Shown here one piece after another: positions 56,639-64,000 of a DNA stretch of 64,000 nucleotides (position 1 is its first letter; each line of letters starts with the position of its first letter). The position numbers were made by a program, and so were the translations under genes. The notes under the pieces were generated by a model. It saw only the letters and a program-made list of their open reading frames with translations. It had not been told where the DNA came from and did not search any database. The DNA is from Crocinitomicaceae bacterium. Lineage in GTDB: Bacteria; Bacteroidota; Bacteroidia; Flavobacteriales_D; Crocinitomicaceae. The DNA lies in the NCBI GenBank assembly GCA_044358575.1, contig JBIKNN010000001.1:312461-376460 (forward strand), given 5' to 3'.

Positions 56639-57073
56639 TTATTCTTCAAAAACTTGAATATTTGTACTTTTTTCAATCATACTGGTAAATTTTCCTGTAA
56701 AACGAGTAGCACGTACTATATGATTGTCAATCCAATGATAATTTCCTCCTCTTGGTTTTCCCATTAACAAAACATGATAATTGAATCCATTTTCCTTGAG
56801 CCACAGTTCCGTAACAATTCTATGTTCTTCTACTCTAGAAGTAAAAAAAGTGATAATATGCCCTTCATTAAACCATGTGTTAATTGTCTCTAAAGCGTCA
56901 TCATAACGAGCGGCAGTAGCCATTCTTTCTGGTTCTTCATTTGGAATATCATCGCAAATTGTTCCATCAATATCGATAAGGTAATTTTTTATATGTTCAG
57001 GCAAAATAGGTGAAAGAGCTTTCCCATTTTCATTTATCTGAATTAAATCATTTGATACTAAATTACTCTTCAT
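56639..57073 (-). CDS. Small HAD-superfamily phosphatase-like protein
   Basis: LIDIDGTICDD is HAD motif I (DxDGT). FFTSR fits motif II and LMGKPRG...IDN fits motifs III/IV. The protein is 144 aa. Confidence 0.55.
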   Translation of the reverse strand: MKSNLVSNDLIQINENGKALSPILPEHIKNYLIDIDGTICDDIPNEEPERMATAARYDDALETINTWFNEGHIITFFTSRVEEHRIVTELWLKENGFNYHVLLMGKPRGGNYHWIDNHIVRATRFTGKFTSMIEKSTNIQVFEE

Positions 57074-58385
57074 TTGCCCAATTTAAGCGGTCGCTCTGTG
57101 AAAATTGCCATGGAGCACCATTGTTTTCTATATTCGTCAACATCCCTGTTAATTCTGTTGGCATCTTTGATTCTTCCATTACCAAAAATCTTCTTAAGTC
57201 GATTATGATCGAAAGCGGATCGATATTAATAGGACATTCTTCCACGCAGGCATTGCAACTTGTACAGGCCCAAATTTCTTCTTCGGAAATATAGGAATGC
57301 AATAAACTTTTTCCATCGTCAAAATCTTTACCAAATTTCCGTTGATTATTCCCTACTTCAACCATGCGATCTCGTGTATCCATCATGATTTTTCTTGGAG
57401 AAAGTAATTTACCAGTTTGATTAGCAGGACAGGCAGAAGTACAGCGACCACATTCCGTGCAAGTATAGGCGTCAAGAAGATTTTTCCAAGTTAAATCTGT
57501 TACATCTTTTACACCAAATCTCAATGGAACTGCATTTGGATCAACTGCTACAGCATATGGATCTGCACTTGGGTCAAGCATTAACTTAACTTCACTTGTA
57601 ACGGATTCTAAATTGGTAAATTTTCCTTTTTTTTCGAGATTAGAATAATAGGTGTTTGGAAAAGCTAAAAGAATATGAAAATGCTTAGAGTACGGGAGAT
57701 AATTTAAGAAAATGAAGACCATGATAATGTGTCCCCACCACCCTATTTGTTCTAATAAATGAAGGGTTTCTATTGATTTTATTCCGCCAAAAAATACAGG
57801 TCCAATAAATTGACTTACTGTAAATCCATAACTGGAATTTGAACTCAATACATGAGCGGCTTCATCAGCACCATTCATCGTAAAAATACAGACTAATAAA
57901 ATTACTTCAAAAATCAGGATTAAATTCGCATCTTTCGTAGGCCATCCTTTTAATTCACTCATCCTTAAGCGAGGGACTTTCAACATGTTTCTTCGCGCCA
58001 AGAAAGCAATTGTGGCAATAAAAGCTAGAACAGATAAAATCTCAATAAAACTTATCATGAAAGTATAAAATCCTCCCAAAGAAACACTTAATGAACGATG
58101 TCCTCCAGAAAGACCATCAGCAATAATTTCAATTAATTCAATTTGAGTGATTACAAAGGCGACATATAAAGCAAGATGGAGAAATGCAGGAATAGGTTTT
58201 GAAAACATTTTTTTTTGTCCAAATGCCACCAATGTCATTAGCTTTAAACGTTGCCAAAAATTATCAGAACGCTTAACATCTCTTCCCAAAAGAATATTAC
58301 TTCTAACTTTCCAAATGTTGTATCCAAAGAAACCGAATCCAACAATTACAAGTAGGGAAAAGATAATAATTTTAACCATAAACAA
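57063..58385 (-). CDS. Membrane-bound 4Fe-4S dicluster protein (NarI/DsrM/HdrE-like multi-TM N-domain fused to a 2x[4Fe-4S] ferredoxin domain)
   Basis: About 6 TM helices are present, one containing LPYSKHFHI. They are followed by CTECGRCTSACP and CTSCNACVEECP. Confidence 0.85.
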   Translation of the reverse strand: MFMVKIIIFSLLVIVGFGFFGYNIWKVRSNILLGRDVKRSDNFWQRLKLMTLVAFGQKKMFSKPIPAFLHLALYVAFVITQIELIEIIADGLSGGHRSLSVSLGGFYTFMISFIEILSVLAFIATIAFLARRNMLKVPRLRMSELKGWPTKDANLILIFEVILLVCIFTMNGADEAAHVLSSNSSYGFTVSQFIGPVFFGGIKSIETLHLLEQIGWWGHIIMVFIFLNYLPYSKHFHILLAFPNTYYSNLEKKGKFTNLESVTSEVKLMLDPSADPYAVAVDPNAVPLRFGVKDVTDLTWKNLLDAYTCTECGRCTSACPANQTGKLLSPRKIMMDTRDRMVEVGNNQRKFGKDFDDGKSLLHSYISEEEIWACTSCNACVEECPINIDPLSIIIDLRRFLVMEESKMPTELTGMLTNIENNGAPWQFSQSDRLNWANEE

Positions 58386-58387
58386 AA

Positions 58388-59425
58388 TTAATCTGGAATA
58401 CTATCCAATAAATTAATTAATTTGATTTCTTCCTCTGGAGTTAATACAACACCTTTATTCTTTCTGCCAATTAACGAAAAATTAATATACCTCTCAGGAT
58501 TAATTCTTATATCTGTAACAAGATTTTGTAGTTCATTGTTCGTTTCAACTAAATCATTATATAATTTATCATCATTTATCAACTTCCACAAAGTACCATT
58601 CCCATTGTCAATATTTTCGAGTATCAAGTTAAACTTTTCAAGAGCAGTATTAGCGTTTAGAACAACAGTTTTATAATCTGTAGTAATAAAATCGTCTGTT
58701 ATTTTCTCTGCATTTCCTAATATAGCAGTTATTTGGTCATTATTTTTTCTTAAATTTTCTGTAATTCCCTCAACATTTGTCATAATTCTCGAAAATTGTA
58801 ATTTTTCAGATGCAACAAAGCCCTGAATTTCATTTGCAACATTTCCAAATTTTTCGATAGTTAACTTTAATCGATTTAAACTTCCTTCAATTTGAGTAGT
58901 TGCTGATGTATCCCAAAAAGAAGAAAAAGATGTGATCATTTTATCAACCGAAACCATCATCCCTTGCAACTTCTGAGAAATAGGGTCTGCATAAGACTTA
59001 ACTTGAGAGAGAATATCAACAGATACTCTTCCTGGAATAGTTTGTCCAGGCTTATAATTTCCTTTCGATATATCTAATGGTATTTGAATTAGCATGCCTT
59101 TACTAAATAAATCTAGTGAGCCTATTTCTATAATTGTTCCCTTAGGTAAAAGAATGTTTTTATTGTCAAGGGTGAAAGTGATTTTAACGCGACGGTCAAT
59201 GGAATTTTGAGGTACATATACAATATTTTTAACCTTACCAACTATTACGCCATTAAGAGTAACGTTATTTGAAACGGAAAGCATTCCAGAATTTGGGAAA
59301 TAAGATTGATAGTCAGTCTCAGAGGCAAAAAGGTTAATGCCTTTTAAAAAGTTAACCCCTATCACTAAAATAATGATGCATACTATTGCAATGAGTCCTA
59401 CTTTTAATTCTTTCGCAAACTTCAT
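58388..59425 (-). CDS. MlaD/MCE-domain protein
   Basis: An N-terminal TM anchor is followed by an MCE fold (VTLNGVIVGKVKNI) and a long helical C-terminal region. Confidence 0.8.
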   Translation of the reverse strand: MKFAKELKVGLIAIVCIIILVIGVNFLKGINLFASETDYQSYFPNSGMLSVSNNVTLNGVIVGKVKNIVYVPQNSIDRRVKITFTLDNKNILLPKGTIIEIGSLDLFSKGMLIQIPLDISKGNYKPGQTIPGRVSVDILSQVKSYADPISQKLQGMMVSVDKMITSFSSFWDTSATTQIEGSLNRLKLTIEKFGNVANEIQGFVASEKLQFSRIMTNVEGITENLRKNNDQITAILGNAEKITDDFITTDYKTVVLNANTALEKFNLILENIDNGNGTLWKLINDDKLYNDLVETNNELQNLVTDIRINPERYINFSLIGRKNKGVVLTPEEEIKLINLLDSIPD

Positions 59426-60585
59426 TTTTTTAAATTTTTAGCTAAATTAATAGCTTTTTCAATACTAATTCTTTCTCCGTTCAAGAAAGCTACAACAAAA
59501 GCATTATTATATCCTTTTTCAATTAAGCTTTTTTTTAGGTTTTTAGCTCCCTCAAGATCATTTGGAAATACACCAGTACAATACTTATAAAATATATCTT
59601 GTTTATATGCGAATATATTTAAGTCTTTGAATATCTTAGCATTAGAAGTTATTTGTTTTTCAGATGACTCAATTTGAACTCGAAAAATTATAGCATTTGA
59701 ATCATTTTCAGCTATAATTTCAGAAGTATTTTTCTCTAAATTAGGCTCATCTACTTTATCGAGAGTTGTGTTTTTTCCTTCGATTTGATTTCGATATTTT
59801 TCAAATGCTTGAAACATCAACTCTGCCATATTTTTTTGTCCTGACACATTCCCCAAAAATTTCTCTTCGTTTGGATTCGTTAAAAACCCAGTTTCTATTA
59901 ATACACTTGGCATAGTAGTTTTATAAAGAACTAGGAATCCTGCTTGTTTAACTCCTCTATCATATCTCCCAAACTTTTTAAACTCCACTTGCAATTTTTC
60001 TGCAAACATAATAGAGTGGTCTAAAAACACCTTTAACTGAAGTTGGCGAATAATAATGGCATCAGTTGAAAGATCAATTTCATTGTATTTTGCGCCTTTG
60101 TCATCTTCTAAAGCAATGATAGAATTTTCTCTTTCCGCAACTTTTTGTTGAGCTTCAGTTCTGTGGAGGCCTAAGACATAAGTTTCCGTTCCATATGCTG
60201 CTTCGCTAGCTGCATTGGCGTGAATACAGATAAATAAGTCTGCTTTAGCACGGTTTGCAATATTAGCTCGTTCAATTAATTCTACAAATACATCCTTATC
60301 ACGTGTATAGATTATTTTTATTTCTGGAAACTTCTCCTTAATCAAAGCTCCCAATTTCAAGGCCATAGATAGACATACTTCTTTTTCAGATGCAAAATTA
60401 CCATGGCATCCAGGATCTTTCCCACCATGTCCAGCATCGATTACGACAGTTTTAATTTGTTGAGAAAACGTATAAGGTGAATAGAGAATAGAGAAAATAA
60501 AAAATAAAAGAGCAAATAGTTTAGAAACTGAGCCGTTGTTATTTAACACACTGAAAATTGGTAACTTTACACAACAATATTTCAT
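59422..60585 (-). CDS. N-acetylmuramoyl-L-alanine amidase (Amidase_3) with C-terminal SPOR-like domain
   Basis: VVIDAGHGGKDPG, CIHANA and the VLIETGFLTN motifs are present. The C-terminal ~80 aa fit a SPOR pattern (FRVQI......GYNNAFVV). Confidence 0.88.
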   Translation of the reverse strand: MKYCCVKLPIFSVLNNNGSVSKLFALLFFIFSILYSPYTFSQQIKTVVIDAGHGGKDPGCHGNFASEKEVCLSMALKLGALIKEKFPEIKIIYTRDKDVFVELIERANIANRAKADLFICIHANAASEAAYGTETYVLGLHRTEAQQKVAERENSIIALEDDKGAKYNEIDLSTDAIIIRQLQLKVFLDHSIMFAEKLQVEFKKFGRYDRGVKQAGFLVLYKTTMPSVLIETGFLTNPNEEKFLGNVSGQKNMAELMFQAFEKYRNQIEGKNTTLDKVDEPNLEKNTSEIIAENDSNAIIFRVQIESSEKQITSNAKIFKDLNIFAYKQDIFYKYCTGVFPNDLEGAKNLKKSLIEKGYNNAFVVAFLNGERISIEKAINLAKNLKK

Positions 60586-60607
60586 ATAACAAACTTATAG
60601 CATAGAA

Positions 60608-63142
60608 GTGGACTGCAAAAAATTAATTCAACAACTTTTCTTCGTTGCATTGTTAATAATGCTTTCTTTTTCTAATTTGATAGCGCAAATACCGATAAAA
60701 GATACAGTGATTAGCAAAAATAATTTATTAGGAAATGTAATTAAATATAGTGCTAATGATACAATTCATACAAATATAAAGACTAGGGAAGTTTACTTAT
60801 CTGGCAATGCTAAAGTTCAGGTAGACGATGTTATTATCACTGCGGGTTACGTCTGGATTGATTTAGAAAAAAATGAAATAAAGGCTTCTTATCGTTTTGA
60901 TAAAGACAGTAATAAAATTGAATTACCAAGTTTTACTAATGGTAATGAAGCAGTTGTTAGCGAAACAATACGCTATAATATGAAGACAAAAAAAGGCTTC
61001 TTGAAAGAATTAACAATTAAACAAGATGAATTTTTTTTTCAAATGATGGATGCAAAACAACATTCTAACAATGAAATTCATCTAAAACAAGGAAAGTTAA
61101 GCACCTGTGATTTAATTAATCCTCACTATCATTTTCAATTATCAAAGGCAATAATTATTCCCAATGAAAGAATTGTGTCAGGCCCCTTGAATCTATATAT
61201 TAATGGTATACCAACTCCACTTGGTATACCCTTTTTAATTATACCTAATCAAAAAAGGCAAACATCTGGACTATTATTTCCTGAATTTGTTCCTTTATCC
61301 CAATTTGGATTTGGACTTCAGAATTTAGGATACTACATTCCGATTAACGATAATTTACAAACATCTATATATGGAAACTTATATAGTAGAGGAAGTTGGG
61401 GTTTGAGAAACGACTTAGATTACGCAAAAAAATATGGTTTTTCAGGTAAAATTTCATTAGGATTTCAGCAATTTCGGTCGGGATTTCCAAGCAATCAAAA
61501 TAACAATAAGGTAAGTGTAAATTGGTCGCATAGAAAAGAAGTAAAATCAAATCCATATTGGGATTTCTCTTCAAACGTAAATTTTATTTCTGACAACAAT
61601 TCCAAGAATAACTTAGACCCGATAAACCCTGAATATTTTAACAATAGTTTTAATTCTGATATCAATATCAATCGATTATTTCCCGGAAAGCCCTTAACGA
61701 TGGGTATGAAAATCTCTGTTCGTCAAAATTCATTGGCTAAAAATATTTCCTTAATTAGTCCCATAATTAATGCCAATCTAACACGTATTTTTCCATTTAA
61801 AAATAGTTTTAAAATCAATAATACGGAATTTAAGAAAACCATTTCAAGAATTGGAATAAGTTATAACATGGAAGCACAGAATCGTTCTACATTTAAGGAT
61901 TCGTTAATTCAACAAGCTGATTTTGGAGCTATTTCAAGAGAATTTTTTAATGGTGTTTCTCAGAATGCAACTTTACAGACGACAATGGGCCTATTTAGGA
62001 ATACAGTAAAGATCAATCCTATTATGAATTATGGTAATAAAATCAACTTTCAACAAATTGAAAAAACATACAATTCCACTACAAACAATACAAATATTGA
62101 TACCTTAAGGAGATTGGGAATGGCTCAAGAATTCAACATGAGTATAAATATGACAAGTATTCTATACTCCTATTTTCGAGTAATTGGAAAATATAAGCCC
62201 CTAATGAGGCATCTAATGACACCTAGTATTGGATACCGATACGTACCAAAACTAAATTCTTTGATAACTTCTAATGCTGGTGTAAATCAAAATACAATTG
62301 TTTATTCTCCTTTTGAAAGAAGCGTCTATACTGCAGGAAATACTCAAGCTTCTTCGCTCCTAACATTTGGATTAAATAATTCTTTAGAGTTAAAAGTTAA
62401 ATCAGAGAAAGATACACTAACAGGATTCAAAAAAATTCGCTTAATCGATCAATTTTCTCTAACAGGATTCTATGATTTTTTAAAAGATTCTATGCAGCTC
62501 TCTAATATCGCTATGAATTTGAGAATCAGTCCAGCATCATGGATAAATTTCGTGTCTAATGCAACTTTCAGTCCCTACTCTTGGGATACAATAAGTGGGA
62601 AAACAACAGGTGCATATGCAAGTGCCAAAGGACAGGGAATTGGAAGGATTTTAAATACAAGTTTGACGACTTCTATTACACTAGCTCCAAAAAGTTCTCG
62701 GGCTAAAATTGCTGAAAGTGGAGAACAAAGGAATACAAATTGGGACAGTGACTTCAATTATTTTGCACTACATCCTGAGCAAGCTATTTATTTTGACATC
62801 CCTTGGAAAATTTCCCTTTCGCACGTTTATTCATTAAATGCTAATCAAGCAATATCTAATTTATCTAAAGAGAAGTTTTTTCAGACACAAACCTTAGTAA
62901 TGAATGGTGATGTGAGTTTTACAAAAAAATGGAATATTTCAGGGAATTTAAACATCAATGTAAATTCGTTAAAATTAACAAACGCATTTATTTCATTAAA
63001 TAGAAATTTACACTGCTGGGCATTATCCTTTTATTATGTCCCAGTAGGCGGAAATAGAAGTTTTTTACTAAGTATCAGAAATACATCTTCTATTTTTAAG
63101 GATGCTAAAATTGAGTTTAGAAAACCGCCAGGATTTTTATAG
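60608..63142 (+). CDS. Putative LPS-assembly outer-membrane protein, LptD/OstA-like
   Basis: It starts with GTG and has a signal peptide. An OstA-like N-domain (LSGNAKVQVDDVIITAGYVWIDLEKNEIKA) is followed by a long barrel. Its divergent placement from the amidase is as in other Bacteroidota. Confidence 0.65.
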   Translation: MDCKKLIQQLFFVALLIMLSFSNLIAQIPIKDTVISKNNLLGNVIKYSANDTIHTNIKTREVYLSGNAKVQVDDVIITAGYVWIDLEKNEIKASYRFDKDSNKIELPSFTNGNEAVVSETIRYNMKTKKGFLKELTIKQDEFFFQMMDAKQHSNNEIHLKQGKLSTCDLINPHYHFQLSKAIIIPNERIVSGPLNLYINGIPTPLGIPFLIIPNQKRQTSGLLFPEFVPLSQFGFGLQNLGYYIPINDNLQTSIYGNLYSRGSWGLRNDLDYAKKYGFSGKISLGFQQFRSGFPSNQNNNKVSVNWSHRKEVKSNPYWDFSSNVNFISDNNSKNNLDPINPEYFNNSFNSDININRLFPGKPLTMGMKISVRQNSLAKNISLISPIINANLTRIFPFKNSFKINNTEFKKTISRIGISYNMEAQNRSTFKDSLIQQADFGAISREFFNGVSQNATLQTTMGLFRNTVKINPIMNYGNKINFQQIEKTYNSTTNNTNIDTLRRLGMAQEFNMSINMTSILYSYFRVIGKYKPLMRHLMTPSIGYRYVPKLNSLITSNAGVNQNTIVYSPFERSVYTAGNTQASSLLTFGLNNSLELKVKSEKDTLTGFKKIRLIDQFSLTGFYDFLKDSMQLSNIAMNLRISPASWINFVSNATFSPYSWDTISGKTTGAYASAKGQGIGRILNTSLTTSITLAPKSSRAKIAESGEQRNTNWDSDFNYFALHPEQAIYFDIPWKISLSHVYSLNANQAISNLSKEKFFQTQTLVMNGDVSFTKKWNISGNLNINVNSLKLTNAFISLNRNLHCWALSFYYVPVGGNRSFLLSIRNTSSIFKDAKIEFRKPPGFL

Positions 63143-63145
63143 CGC

Positions 63146-64000
63146 TTATTTGATTTTTATTCCGTCCCGTTCAGCTAAAACAGCAGTAAATTTCGCTCCA
63201 AAAAATACAATTTGTGCAGAATAATGCACCCAAGCTAAGAAAATAAAAAGAGATCCTGCAATACCCATATTTCCTAGGAAAAAATAATTATGTAGGTAAT
63301 ACTTGATTAATAATTGGCTTAGAAACAATAAAACTGAAGTTACAAAAGCTCCTTTTATCGCCAATTTTATGGGAACAAAACCGTCATGTATGTATTTAAA
63401 AACAATGGTAAAAATCAAAATATTACTAAAAATTGAGATGAGCTGCTGAAAAAACTCTAAGGTAAAATCTACAAAGCCATTTTTATAATGAAACCAATTA
63501 GTTAAAGCTGAAAAAATAAAAACTTGCATAAAATAAAAAAGTATGATTATAAATGCAAATAATGCTAAAAAAGCAACTGATAAGAATCGGAATCCAATTA
63601 TGCTCATTAAAATATTTTCTTCCTTTCTTTTCTTTTTACTAATATCAAAGAATTCATTGATGCTTCTCTTTAGAGAAACTAAAAATGCTGAGCAGCCATA
63701 AAGTAATATTCCAATACTTACTATTTCAAGGAGAAGACTGGGCTTATCAAAATTTACACTGTTTAAAAATTCCATTATACCTTTAGTATCAGAAATTCCA
63801 ATTTGATTTTGAAGTAGATCCTCAATGATTTTTTGCATTTGATCTTTTCCTACCACTCGACCAAATATTGAAGTGCTCAAATAGACAATAGGAATAAATG
63901 CGAATAGAGTATAATAAGCTAAAGCAGCGCCGTGAAAGAATGCCCCTTCAGAAAAATAACCTACAATCGAATCTTTTAAAACACTTAAAAATGCGAACCA
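63146..64000 (-). CDS. YihY/BrkB-family membrane protein (5' partial, continues beyond window)
   Basis: The track ORF begins at a TTG, but the frame stays open to base 64000. That stretch translates as WFAFLSVLKDSIVGYFSEGAFFHGAALAYYTLFAFIPIVYL, which is the typical YihY N-terminal segment. Confidence 0.8.
   Translation of the reverse strand, partial: WFAFLSVLKDSIVGYFSEGAFFHGAALAYYTLFAFIPIVYLSTSIFGRVVGKDQMQKIIEDLLQNQIGISDTKGIMEFLNSVNFDKPSLLLEIVSIGILLYGCSAFLVSLKRSINEFFDISKKKRKEENILMSIIGFRFLSVAFLALFAFIIILFYFMQVFIFSALTNWFHYKNGFVDFTLEFFQQLISIFSNILIFTIVFKYIHDGFVPIKLAIKGAFVTSVLLFLSQLLIKYYLHNYFFLGNMGIAGSLFIFLAWVHYSAQIVFFGAKFTAVLAERDGIKIK

Noticed and set aside
48640-62757. Antisense ORFs within the barrel gene, ftcD, the Fe-S genes, mlaD-like and lptD-like genes (48640..48840, 52346..52588, 52745..53029, 53288..53527, 53759..53992, 55863..56153, 57010..57294, 58147..58416, 58422..58676, 61365..61574, 62575..62757)
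   Set aside because: These are shadow ORFs opposite conserved genes and carry no motifs.
1-64000. Search for mobile elements, prophage genes, toxin-antitoxin pairs, restriction-modification or other defence systems
   Set aside because: No translation resembles a transposase, integrase, phage structural or terminase protein, methyltransferase-endonuclease pair, or Cas/Abi/retron protein. I noticed no long terminal inverted repeats or tRNA-flanked islands. The window reads as core chromosome.

Overview
AT-rich chromosomal segment, by eye about one third G+C, from a member of the Bacteroidota, most likely Flavobacteriia. The evidence for this placement is two secreted proteins with T9SS C-terminal sorting domains (one type A, one type B), a short RpoD lacking region 1.1, the gene order dnaA / LMW-PTP / TP-methylase, and a panC / GT5-like / DUF4270 / glmS block. 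Coding density is high. I call about 60 CDS. recA is cut at the left edge and a yihY-family gene at the right edge. I found no rRNA, tRNA, CRISPR array, transposase, integrase or recognisable defence system. Most of the window is housekeeping: recA, hppA, ruvC, rnhA, panCD, glmS, dxr, folA, thyA, priA, rpoD, lysS, dnaA, ftcD, an mlaD-like gene, an amidase and an lptD-like gene. The items most worth a second look are listed here. (1) apbE converges on a five-gene operon whose last gene is a DUF2271-like secreted protein with a TGAT flavinylation motif. The other four genes encode a CxxCH lipoprotein, a 4-TM protein, a YceI protein and an outer-membrane barrel. This looks like an uncharacterised extracytoplasmic flavin/heme module. 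(2) An eight-gene operon, apparently for photoprotection, runs ECF sigma, crtI, crtB, idi, PTPS, photolyase, bcp. It has no anti-sigma gene. It is preceded by two perfect inverted repeats of identical architecture, TGTTTAAY-N14-RTTAAACA. (3) A 13-copy ATCTA pentanucleotide tract fills the panD / heptose-adenylyltransferase spacer. (4) The membrane pyrophosphatase carries a 91-aa tail with 11 Cys. (5) A split DsrMK/HdrDE-like Fe-S oxidoreductase is interrupted by a small HAD-like gene. All calls rest on reading the translations and the DNA by eye. No database search or computation was run.
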